64,000 nt of DNA from Candidatus Poribacteria bacterium (lineage in GTDB: Bacteria > Poribacteria > WGA-4E > WGA-3G). Both the position numbers and the translations under genes were made by a program. The notes below the pieces were generated by a model. That model saw only the letters and a program-made list of their open reading frames with translations, was not told where the DNA came from and ran no database searches. Shown one piece after another: positions 26,541 to 35,085 of this stretch. Numbering within the stretch: position 1 is the stretch's first letter; every line of letters starts with the position of its first letter. Location of the stretch: positions 3,845,287 through 3,909,286 of the forward strand of contig OZ253447.1 of NCBI GenBank assembly GCA_965261115.1. Reading direction: 5' to 3'.

Positions 26541-26604
26541 TTAGGCATACATAAAATTGAGGTTCCCTGCTTTTCAGCAATAGGCGACATCGCGAAGGAA
26601 AATT

Positions 26605-27948
26605 ATGAACACATCAAAACAGTTTTCACGTCGAACATTTCTACAGGGTTTAGGCGTTACCATTGCGCTACCGTGGTTGGAAGTGATGGGACCTGTGACA
26701 TCGTGGGCAGCAACGCCGACAAGTGCAACGCAGACAGTTCCGAATCGGATGGCGTTCCTCTATGTGCCGAACGGAAAGATTATGGAGGATTGGACGCCGA
26801 AACAGGTAGGTGCTGGCTATGAACTCACAGAGATCCTGAAACCGTTAGAGCGTGTGAAGGACAAAACATTGGTACTCAGCGGTTTAACTGCTGATAAGGC
26901 GCGCGCAAACGGTGACGGCGGTGGCGATCATGCCCGTGCAATGGCAGCCTTTCTTACAGGCGCGCAACCCCGTAAAACCGACGGTTCCGATATTCACGCC
27001 GGAATTTCCGTTGACCAAGCAGCCGCGTCACATATCGGTCAGCAAACTCGCCTCCCGTCGTTGGAACTCGGCATTGATCCGGGGTACAGATCAGGAAATT
27101 GCGATTCCGGTTATAGTTGCGTCTACTCTGCAACGTTGTCGTGGCGTTCCGCGACGCAGCCGCTCCCGAAAGAGGTTAATCCGAAACTCGCCTTTGAACG
27201 GCTGTTCTCCACTATGCCGGATGCTCAGCGGGAGCAACGCGATCAACAACGAAAAAGTATCCTCGATTTTGTCGTGCAAGACTCAAAAGATTTGATCCGT
27301 CAAGTCAGTGGAAACGATGTACGTAAACTCGATGAGTACTTCTCCGCTATCCGTGACATCGAACTAAGAATTGACGCGGCTGAAAAATTCCCGCCAATCG
27401 AAAGTCCCGATTACACCGCACCGGAAGAGATTCCTAAAGATTTCCAAGAACATGTCCGACTCATGATGGACCTGATTGTCCTTGCGTTCCAGACAGATGT
27501 GACCCGTGTTGTGACTTTTACGTTAGCAAATGAAGGCAGTAATAAGTCGTATCCGGCTATCAATGTTACTGATGGACACCATAACTTGTCGCATCACCAG
27601 GGTGACGAGGAGAAGGTGGCAAAAATCCGCAAAATTGACATCTTCCATACACAACAGTTGGCATACTTCTTGGAAAAACTGGATGCAACCGCTGAAGCGG
27701 ACGGCTCCCTACTCGACCATTCAATGATCTTGTATGGCAGTGGAAACGCAGACGGCAACCGACACAGCCACCATGATCTCCCGATACTGCTTGCAGGCAA
27801 CGGTTGTGGCACGCTTAAAAGTGGTCGCCATATCCGTTACCCGAAAGAGACACCGCTCAACAATCTCTGGCTGTCAATGCTCAACCGCATGGATGTCGGT
27901 TTGGCAAAATTAGGCGATAGCACCGGCAGTTTGCCAGACCTTTCCTAA
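26605..27948 (+). CDS. DUF1552 domain protein with Tat signal
   Basis: SRRTFLQGLG twin-arginine signal. The body motifs match my recollection of the DUF1552 family of PVC bacteria: FLYVPNG, LSGL, HA.A...FLTG, PSLELG, H..LSHH, ILYGS...DGN.H.H.DLP.LLAG. Confidence 0.78.
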   Translation: MNTSKQFSRRTFLQGLGVTIALPWLEVMGPVTSWAATPTSATQTVPNRMAFLYVPNGKIMEDWTPKQVGAGYELTEILKPLERVKDKTLVLSGLTADKARANGDGGGDHARAMAAFLTGAQPRKTDGSDIHAGISVDQAAASHIGQQTRLPSLELGIDPGYRSGNCDSGYSCVYSATLSWRSATQPLPKEVNPKLAFERLFSTMPDAQREQRDQQRKSILDFVVQDSKDLIRQVSGNDVRKLDEYFSAIRDIELRIDAAEKFPPIESPDYTAPEEIPKDFQEHVRLMMDLIVLAFQTDVTRVVTFTLANEGSNKSYPAINVTDGHHNLSHHQGDEEKVAKIRKIDIFHTQQLAYFLEKLDATAEADGSLLDHSMILYGSGNADGNRHSHHDLPILLAGNGCGTLKSGRHIRYPKETPLNNLWLSMLNRMDVGLAKLGDSTGSLPDLS

Positions 27949-27973
27949 AGCCGCGCTTTCCCATGTATGTTTG

Positions 27974-27999
27974 CTGGTGAGGTTCACCAACCTCACCAG
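27974..27999 (+). terminator. hairpin downstream of DUF1552 gene
   Basis: 11-bp stem CTGGTGAGGTT / AACCTCACCAG with loop CACC, 26 nt after the stop. No clean U-tract follows, so terminator function is uncertain. Confidence 0.4.
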
Positions 28000-28095
28000 C
28001 CAAAACTTTCGGGTTTATGCTTATCCCCGTAATCCCTAAATCCCATAAATCACAGTTCAGATACTAAAATGACAATCTCACGGCTGCAAGTTTCT

Positions 28096-28119
28096 AACCG
28101 CACCTACCGGCCCTGGGGA
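28096..28119. repeat. 24-nt repeat S1 (AACCGCACCTACCGGCCCTGGGGA)
   Basis: It matches S2 at 28376-28399 (AACCGAACCTACCGGGTCCGGGGA) at 20/24 positions. S1 is also the left arm of a 10-bp inverted repeat, TAACCGCACC...GGTGCGGTTA. Confidence 0.7.
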
Positions 28120-28215
28120 CGAACATTACACGCTAAATTGACATCTATGGTGCGGTTACACACCTCACCATAGGGGGCAATTTAGGGGTTTTGACAGCGT
28201 TTTACGGATCACAGA

Positions 28216-28288
28216 TATAAACATGCCGCCCTTACAGGGCTAAATGTTTTTTACATGCATTTCTATAAACATGTTGTCGCTACGCGAC
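28216..28288. repeat. two TATAAACATG boxes, each followed by a 5-bp hairpin with a TAC loop
   Basis: TATAAACATGCC-GCCCT-TAC-AGGGC (28216-28240) and TATAAACATGTT-GTCGC-TAC-GCGAC (28264-28288). The stem sequences differ but pairing is preserved. Confidence 0.7.
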
Positions 28289-28375
28289 TGAAGAGATTTC
28301 TGAAGTCTTCAAGGTTTCCGCGTAGTATCCGGTTCGGTTAGGAATGCAGATCGCATTTGGGTGAGTACACCGCAA

Positions 28376-28399
28376 AACCGAACCTACCGGGTCCGGGGA
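28376..28399. repeat. 24-nt repeat S2
   Basis: See S1. It is preceded by ACCGCAA, and it contains AACCGAACC, which is related to the dispersed CCTTGCGGTTCGGT motif (reverse complement ACCGAACCGCAAGG). Confidence 0.7.
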
Positions 28400-28766
28400 T
28401 CAGAGATATTTTTCTTAAATAGAAAAACAACTGATAAATTTTATCGAATTGTGAAATTTATTCAAGTCGGGTTCACTTCCAATTTTTATCTCTCCATCAA
28501 CATTTCCCCAACAACCAACCTCAAACAACCCAGAACCAATGCTCTCGTTCCGGATGGCAGTGATAGACTTTCTATCTAAAATCTTAGCATCAGATTTCCA
28601 AAGTTTAGAGGCTATAAACCCAGATGATGACTATATTTTTAGGCGAATATCATTACTTAGGAAAAACATAGTTGATATTGGGTTTCATTATCAATAAGCA
28701 CAACTGCCGAATATTTAGATACGGTTGATGGTTTTCTAAATTTTATCTAACTGAGTTATTGGGGAA

Positions 28767-30671
28767 TTACCAATCTTTAAAGGGGAATATTCGAGTTTCT
28801 GTTGCCATGCCGTAGAAACTCCATAAACTGCCCGCGACGAATTCACCGAGAATTAAACCGAGGAAAAAAGGTGCTGCTTTTCGGTGTAATTGCAAGCCGC
28901 CCTGTTTGATAATCAACCATTTTGCGACTGTGCTAATCATGAGTGAGATCCAGAGCCAGTTCATACACCAATCCGCTGCGCCGGAAACAGCATAGCCGAC
29001 AGCGTGGAAGGGCCACCAAAAGAACCGCATCCGTAGAAACATCAGGAGAAAGGTGAACCCCATTCCGATACCCATAAACGTCACTTCGGGAATATTCGTG
29101 CCTGTCGGGAAATTGAGTTGTTGCTGGAGTCGATTGAAAGGGTGGTGCGCGAAACTGCCCGATGAGCCGAAGCGGTAGACATCATGCAGATATGCCCAGA
29201 AAGAACCGATAGAACCGACGACTACCGCTAAGAGTATTACCCACACCAACGGTTTAGGATTAAATCGCGCTCGTGAAGCGAGTTGGAACCCCTCCAATTG
29301 GTGCGGCATCGGATGGCTACGGTGCGCCCGATTGAAGAAAAACAGAAAAGTGAGTGCTGTGAGGTTGGAACCGCCCATGCGACGTGAACCTAAAATCGCC
29401 GGTAAAGCGTAATCCGGTCCCATAAAGTGCAGGTCATGTGCAGGCGCGCCGGATTCAACCCGCATGCGCGTGATCCCCGTTGACAATGCGAAATACATCG
29501 CAAAGAAGGCGATACCGAGTGAAATACTGATGCCTATCTTCACAGAAAACGCTATGAGATAGATACATCCGAACACAATACCGAGGATAGCCGCACGATA
29601 CCGCATCGGTTCAACCGATTCGTCGAGGCTTGAACGTCCTGTGGTCACCTGTTTAAAGACTTCAGCGAGGTATTTACGGCTTGCCCATACTGCGAAAATT
29701 GCAAGTCCAAGATACGCGCCCAGCGACTGCTGTCGATCATAAGGGAATCCGGGTAAACCCCGAACGCCAACGATGGCACCACCGACCCGTTGCATCTTAC
29801 GGAACAGATAAAAGAACCAACAAGAAAACGACAAATCTAAGGGCATGAAGAATCCGAGCCCAATGACAAACGGATAGATAGAAAACGGTGTCCATCCGAT
29901 AGCATTCCACGGTTTTTCAGTGAAAAAGTGGCTGATATTCCGGAACCGGACACCGACAATTGGAATCGTTGGAAAGAGATAGCTGAGTCCGTTAATAAGG
30001 TTTAGGAGTGAGACGAGGATAAATGCTGTCCAAAAGACCCTGCCCCGGAAGAAGTTGGCACCGCTATCCCGCGTCATCTCTAACGGTAGTTGAATGATTG
30101 GATAGGCGAGTTTTTCGCGTTCTGTCCACTGTTTCCGTAGCACAACATTGATGCAGAGCATAACAAATACGAGTGCGAGAATAAAACTTGTCCACCACAG
30201 TGTCGGCCCCACCCATGCCCGTAAAACTTCAAGGTCATAAACTGTGGATTGCCCTTCATAAAACCCCTCTAAGATCCGTTTATCTTGGACTGTTCCCCAT
30301 GTCGGTATGTACCGGTATAGAAGTTCTCGCCACTCGTTTTCAGGTGTATCGAACCAGAAGACGTGTCCGATCATCGGGATAAGTACCTGTGCGTGGTCGT
30401 GTGATGCGATAGCACTCGCCATACAGAGCATCACATAGATGACGAGCAGCTCGCCGTGTGTCAATGCCCACTGCTGTTTGACGCGCCGCAGCAGTAGATT
30501 GAAGAGCGTAATAATAAACAGAAAGAAGACCGCATTGAAAAAAAGCGACATCGTTGTCGGAAAAAGTCCCCACCAAACCATTTCCGTATACATAATCCAG
30601 TAGCAGTTGATCGGGATAAGGATAAGTGCCAGTGTAACCGATTTTAGGGTGACACCGCGGGTCAGAGCCAT
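28767..30671 (-). CDS. large polytopic integral membrane protein, unknown function
   Basis: 634 aa with at least 12 hydrophobic segments and abundant W/F/Y. No transporter signature was recognised. It is the last gene of a tightly packed four-gene minus-strand unit. Confidence 0.55.
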   Translation of the reverse strand: MALTRGVTLKSVTLALILIPINCYWIMYTEMVWWGLFPTTMSLFFNAVFFLFIITLFNLLLRRVKQQWALTHGELLVIYVMLCMASAIASHDHAQVLIPMIGHVFWFDTPENEWRELLYRYIPTWGTVQDKRILEGFYEGQSTVYDLEVLRAWVGPTLWWTSFILALVFVMLCINVVLRKQWTEREKLAYPIIQLPLEMTRDSGANFFRGRVFWTAFILVSLLNLINGLSYLFPTIPIVGVRFRNISHFFTEKPWNAIGWTPFSIYPFVIGLGFFMPLDLSFSCWFFYLFRKMQRVGGAIVGVRGLPGFPYDRQQSLGAYLGLAIFAVWASRKYLAEVFKQVTTGRSSLDESVEPMRYRAAILGIVFGCIYLIAFSVKIGISISLGIAFFAMYFALSTGITRMRVESGAPAHDLHFMGPDYALPAILGSRRMGGSNLTALTFLFFFNRAHRSHPMPHQLEGFQLASRARFNPKPLVWVILLAVVVGSIGSFWAYLHDVYRFGSSGSFAHHPFNRLQQQLNFPTGTNIPEVTFMGIGMGFTFLLMFLRMRFFWWPFHAVGYAVSGAADWCMNWLWISLMISTVAKWLIIKQGGLQLHRKAAPFFLGLILGEFVAGSLWSFYGMATETRIFPFKDW

Positions 30672-30684
30672 TGCGTTCTCCTAT

Positions 30685-32811
30685 TTATTTCATTGCCGCT
30701 TTGAGCATCTCCACAATTTCTGGATGCCCCTTTGATTCGGCGAGCGTTAGTGCTGTATTGCCTTGCTTATTTTTCAGGGTAACATCAGCACGGTTTTCAA
30801 GCAACAGCTGAACAATTGCCGAATATCCGTGCCACGCTGCATACATGAGTGCTGTTTCACCAGTGCGGTTTTGGGTATTTACGCTCGCGCCTTTTTCAAG
30901 CAATCGCTGGGTTACCTTCGGATTTCCTGTCTTGTTGATAATGAAAACCAAAGGCGTATTACCGTTGGCATCCGCTACGTTCACATTCGCACCATTTTCA
31001 ATAAGAAACATCGCTACATCAATGTTTCCCTTTTCCGCTGCAATGTGTAAAGGTGTCCGTCCTACGGTATCCTTCAGATTTACGTCTATATTCATATCAC
31101 GAAGGGTTGAAACGTCACCCGTCCACGCTGCTTTGAAGAGTCTATCCGCTGGTGTATCTGAAAATTCAGAAACAGTATGCACTTGATTGGCGGGAAGATT
31201 TTCAAAGATTTGCACAACACCGCTCTGCCATCGCACCTCAAGTCTATCAATAGCAGTGTTGGTCCCCAATCCAAAATGGCATCGCGGATCATGGCTGGAC
31301 AGGTAGCTCGCGCCTGGATTGACTTCCTGTATCTGCGTGTGTTCATCTGCCGTTACGGTGATACGTGTGCCTATGCCGTCTCGGTTGCTAATCATCCCGA
31401 CGGTTTTAATCGATGCCCAATTGCTTTGCGTTTCAGTTTTATTTTCCAATAAAGTCGCGGGCCCGTTAGACTGTGTGACGAGTGTGTCAACGTCGCCATC
31501 GTTATCATAGTCTCCAAAAAGCGCGCCTCGGCTCACCGTGGCACGTTGAAAATAGGCACCTGCGCTCTCCGAGACCTCTTGAAATGTGCCGTTTCCCTTA
31601 TTACGGAACAGTTGATCGGGTTGGCGATACGTCAGGACATCGTGCGTGTCCTCGATGTTATCAAGAATATGTCCATTGGCAATAAAAATATCTTGCCACC
31701 CATCATTATCAGCATCAAAGAACCGTGTACCGAACCCGACGAATAGAAAACTCTCTTTACCGAGATGTGCTTCATAGATTACGTCGGTAAATGTGCCGTC
31801 GCCGTTGTTGCGGTAGAGTGCGTTGGTTTCATAAGAGAGGTTTGTAACAAAGATATCGAGCCAACTGTCGGCGTTGTAGTCTGCAACGGTAACCCCCATC
31901 CCCGCTTGTGCTATGCCGTTGAAACTGTAAGCGCATCCAGCGAGTAGCGAGATCTCACTGAACGTGCCATCGCCGTTATTATAGAAAAAATCGTTTCGGG
32001 TGTCGTCGTTAGCAATGTAAAGATCGGGTGCGCCGTCGTTGTTGAAGTCTGCTGAAACGACCCCTAACCCCTTCCCGTGGAACATGCCACCAATGCCGCC
32101 AACGCCAGTCGCTTGACTCACATCGGTAAATGTGCCGTCGCCGTTATTCCGATAGAGTGTGTCAGGCGCGCCTTCAAATAGCGAAGGATGACAATAGGTC
32201 TGTGTCCCATCTTCCCCACACGGCAAATAGGGAACATCGAGCGAATATACAAGATAGTTGACGACGAACAGGTCGAGGTGTCCGTCAGTGTTGTAATCCA
32301 GAAAACAGGCACTGCTACTCCATCCGGGATCACCGACCCCTGCGGACATTGTGACATCCGTAAATGTGCCGTCGCCGTTGTTTCGGTAAAGGACATTCGC
32401 GCCGAAATTGGTTACATAAAGATCAACGTTCCCATCGTTGTTGTAATCTGCACACGCCGCTCCTTGTCCATAGTTCCCGCGGTTCTCCACCCTTGCGGTC
32501 GTTGTGATGTCCGTAAAAGTTCCGTCACGATTGTTTCGGTAAAGTGTGCTTACTGCCTGTCTTGCCGATGGTGGTTTGTCCCAGTAGCCGCTATTGACGA
32601 GATAAATGTCAAGAAATCCGTCGTTGTTCGCATCAAAGAAGGCACCACCAGCACCGAGTGTTTCGGGCAGATGAAACGCGCCTTCTGCGCCATTGACGTG
32701 ATGAAAATCGATGCCTGCTTCTTCGGTTACATCAACGAATTGGATCGCTGCAGCGGCGCATAAGGGATATATGAGCAGAATTATGAGCAGGAATATATTC
32801 TTACTTTTCAT
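30685..32811 (-). CDS. exported FG-GAP/VCBS repeat + ASPIC/UnbV protein with C-terminal ankyrin repeats
   Basis: Signal peptide (MKSKNIFLLIILLIYPLCAAA). Repeated (Y)RNNGDGTFTDV / D(Y/F)NNDG(x)DL(Y/F)V FG-GAP units. UnbV_ASPIC-like NRDGIGTRITV...SYLSSHDPRCHFGLG...LEVRWQSG. Four ANK repeats follow (GRTPLHIAAEKGNIDVAMFLIENGANVN...). Confidence 0.78.
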   Translation of the reverse strand: MKSKNIFLLIILLIYPLCAAAAIQFVDVTEEAGIDFHHVNGAEGAFHLPETLGAGGAFFDANNDGFLDIYLVNSGYWDKPPSARQAVSTLYRNNRDGTFTDITTTARVENRGNYGQGAACADYNNDGNVDLYVTNFGANVLYRNNGDGTFTDVTMSAGVGDPGWSSSACFLDYNTDGHLDLFVVNYLVYSLDVPYLPCGEDGTQTYCHPSLFEGAPDTLYRNNGDGTFTDVSQATGVGGIGGMFHGKGLGVVSADFNNDGAPDLYIANDDTRNDFFYNNGDGTFSEISLLAGCAYSFNGIAQAGMGVTVADYNADSWLDIFVTNLSYETNALYRNNGDGTFTDVIYEAHLGKESFLFVGFGTRFFDADNDGWQDIFIANGHILDNIEDTHDVLTYRQPDQLFRNKGNGTFQEVSESAGAYFQRATVSRGALFGDYDNDGDVDTLVTQSNGPATLLENKTETQSNWASIKTVGMISNRDGIGTRITVTADEHTQIQEVNPGASYLSSHDPRCHFGLGTNTAIDRLEVRWQSGVVQIFENLPANQVHTVSEFSDTPADRLFKAAWTGDVSTLRDMNIDVNLKDTVGRTPLHIAAEKGNIDVAMFLIENGANVNVADANGNTPLVFIINKTGNPKVTQRLLEKGASVNTQNRTGETALMYAAWHGYSAIVQLLLENRADVTLKNKQGNTALTLAESKGHPEIVEMLKAAMK

Positions 32812-33661
32812 AGGGCGGAGTCGCATCTTTCGCGAGCCGGAATCCGATAAAACTGGTGCCGATTGCGGGGTGTTGACCGAACCGTGTGGCACACCTTGCG
32901 AATGTCTCTGGGTTTAACCACGAACCGCCTTTCACAATACGGTGACTACCGACCGCGGGTCCCTTTGGATTTCGATCAGGACTACGGTAGTAGAAGGTTT
33001 CTGAATACCAGTCTGCTACCCATTCCCAGACATTACCTGCCATATCGTGTGCACCGTAAGGACTGATCCCCGTGGGGTAAGTGCCAACCGGTTGCAAATG
33101 TGCCCCTGACTGTTGCCAAACGTTTGCGTGGATAGTGGTATCCTTAATGCGTTGTGTGAAGGTGTTTCCCCAGGGCCACCGTTTAGCGTTCGTTCCACGT
33201 GCGGCTTTTTCCCATTCTGCTTCGGTGGGCAGCCGCATGCCTCGCCACGCCGCATAGGCAACAGCCGCATCCCACGAAATACCGATGACAGGATGGTTAG
33301 GCTTTGTTTTTGCAATCTCGGGCCAGATACCGAATTCGCCACCGTAACTGATGGGGGTATGTTCACTATCGGTGCCACCGCTTTCAAGCCAAAACGGATA
33401 ATACTCGGCGTTGGTGACTTCAGTTTTACTGATATAGTAGGCATCCAGATAGATTTTGTGTGCGGGTGCTTCATTCGGGAGGTTATCATCACTCCCCATC
33501 GTAAAGGTGCCAGCGGGGATGAGGCAGAGCTCAGGTTCAGCCAATGCACAAGGTAAGCCCGCTATAACTGCGGAAAGTAGGATGAGGCACCTTATAAACG
33601 GGTAGGCACGAAGACCTACCCTTGTGATGGTGTTATTTTTTCTTTGACGTAAGACGCTCAT
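32801..33661 (-). CDS. formylglycine-generating-enzyme (FGE/SUMF1) domain protein
   Basis: IPAGTFTMGS, HPV.GISW.DA.AYA.W.G.RLPTEAEWEKAARG, GN.WEW..DWY and RI.KGGSW are FGE-sulfatase domain hallmarks. A signal peptide is present. Confidence 0.8.
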   Translation of the reverse strand: MSVLRQRKNNTITRVGLRAYPFIRCLILLSAVIAGLPCALAEPELCLIPAGTFTMGSDDNLPNEAPAHKIYLDAYYISKTEVTNAEYYPFWLESGGTDSEHTPISYGGEFGIWPEIAKTKPNHPVIGISWDAAVAYAAWRGMRLPTEAEWEKAARGTNAKRWPWGNTFTQRIKDTTIHANVWQQSGAHLQPVGTYPTGISPYGAHDMAGNVWEWVADWYSETFYYRSPDRNPKGPAVGSHRIVKGGSWLNPETFARCATRFGQHPAIGTSFIGFRLAKDATPPYEK

Positions 33662-34835
33662 ATTCTTGATAGATTTTCGCGGCTTCTGTATGAGCACCGG
33701 CAAGCTCGTAAGCCTTAGAAAGGTTTAGATAGAAACGCGGTTCAGTTGGTTGTAAGTGGATGGCGGTTTGGTATTGCTCAATTGCTTCAACATAATCTTC
33801 TAACATCAGATAAACCCCGCCGAGGCTGTTACGGTAGGTAGCGACATTCGGCTTATGTGCAATCACCTTTTCATACATTGTTTTCGCCTGTGGATAGTTT
33901 TGCCGTTGAAACTGGACATAGCCGAGTGCTTCATAACCGCGCGTCTCTTGTGGTGCAAGCGTGACGTAACGTTCCAAAGATTGCGTTGCCTCCTGCCATA
34001 ACTTCCGTTTCAGTTGGAGTCTACCGAGTCGGTACCACGCTTCTGCGTTGGTAGGGTTTTGTTGCGCAAATTTTTTGAGATGTGTCAGCTTTTCTTCCTC
34101 AATAGACAGCACTTCAAAACGTTGTAAATTCTCCTGTGCCGCTTTCATTTCACCCATACGACGGTACGTTGTGCCTAAACTGAAGTACGCCTTTGCGTGG
34201 AATGGATCAATTTCAATCAGTTTTTTTAAAGTATCAATAGCGGATTGCCACGCTTCCTTCTGAAGAAAAGCAGTGCCGAGCGTGTAATGTGCTGTCTTCA
34301 AAGTCGGATCGAGTTTAATAGCGCGTTGAAGTTCACTGATGGCAGCATCGGTTCGATTATCACGAAAATAGGCGATGCCTAATAGGGTCCTCGCACGCGC
34401 ATGATCGGCGTCCATTGTAATTGCCTTCTGTAGCACCTGTGTCGCCTGTGCGGAGTCGCCTAAGTGGATGAGTAGTATATCACCAAGTTCACAATACGCT
34501 TCAATATAGTTTTTATCTGCGATTGTTGCCCGTTGAAACGCCTCAGCTGCGGCATGGACTTCCTCGGCACCTTTATAAATCATTCCCAAAACGCAGTGTG
34601 CATCCGCTATTGATCCATCAAGTTTGACCGCCTTCTCTAAATTAGTTCTCGCTTTTTTCTCGTCTCCATGTGTGAGCGCGCGGACCCCTGCGTCATACAA
34701 CCGTGCCGCTTCGGGATGAAACCGTGGCGCGCCAACCGCAAGGAGTGTGTGAAGGAATATAAGAAGTGTGAAGGTGTATTTAAATAGTTGCATACGGCTC
34801 AATGGCATAACCGACACAGCGCGTTGAGGCATCAA
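33633..34835 (-). CDS. TPR repeat protein (exported)
   Basis: About 9-10 tandem 34-aa TPR units (A...Y..G......G....A...F.KAI.LDP). N-terminal hydrophobic signal. Confidence 0.8.
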   Translation of the reverse strand: MMPQRAVSVMPLSRMQLFKYTFTLLIFLHTLLAVGAPRFHPEAARLYDAGVRALTHGDEKKARTNLEKAVKLDGSIADAHCVLGMIYKGAEEVHAAAEAFQRATIADKNYIEAYCELGDILLIHLGDSAQATQVLQKAITMDADHARARTLLGIAYFRDNRTDAAISELQRAIKLDPTLKTAHYTLGTAFLQKEAWQSAIDTLKKLIEIDPFHAKAYFSLGTTYRRMGEMKAAQENLQRFEVLSIEEEKLTHLKKFAQQNPTNAEAWYRLGRLQLKRKLWQEATQSLERYVTLAPQETRGYEALGYVQFQRQNYPQAKTMYEKVIAHKPNVATYRNSLGGVYLMLEDYVEAIEQYQTAIHLQPTEPRFYLNLSKAYELAGAHTEAAKIYQEYERLTSKKK

Positions 34836-35029
34836 TTTGGCTCTATTTTATTCTAAGATACGCGCAATGTCAAGCGGAATCTATGAAAGTAAGCAGGAAA
34901 GAAGGTGTTGAAAAAACGTTGCGGATTTGATAAGTTGATAACGCATGAGATGTCCTCCTAAGTATAATCTAACGTGTAGTGCCTCCTTGATGACTTTGAT
35001 AAATATTTGTGAGATTATTTTTCCGCTTA

Positions 35030-35038
35030 TCGCGTCAC
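35030..35038 (+). promoter_or_regulatory. conserved TCGCGTCAC box in the leader of the sigma-fusion gene (possible ECF-type -10 CGTC)
   Basis: An identical 9-mer lies at 40930-40938, at similar distances (48 and 45 nt) from the two paralogous ATGs. The leaders are alignable from this box to the ATG (shared ATGTGAAATA). Confidence 0.3.
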
Positions 35039-35085
35039 TATATGTTGATGTGAAATAATGAACATTCCCTTTTCAGAGGTATCCG

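Noticed and set aside
33601-33622. Hairpin GGGTAGG-N8-CCTACCC as another REP-like element
   Set aside because: It has only a 7-bp stem, lies within the signal-peptide coding region of the FGE gene, and lacks the GTAGGGG...CCCCTAC 13-1-13 architecture. It is probably coincidental.
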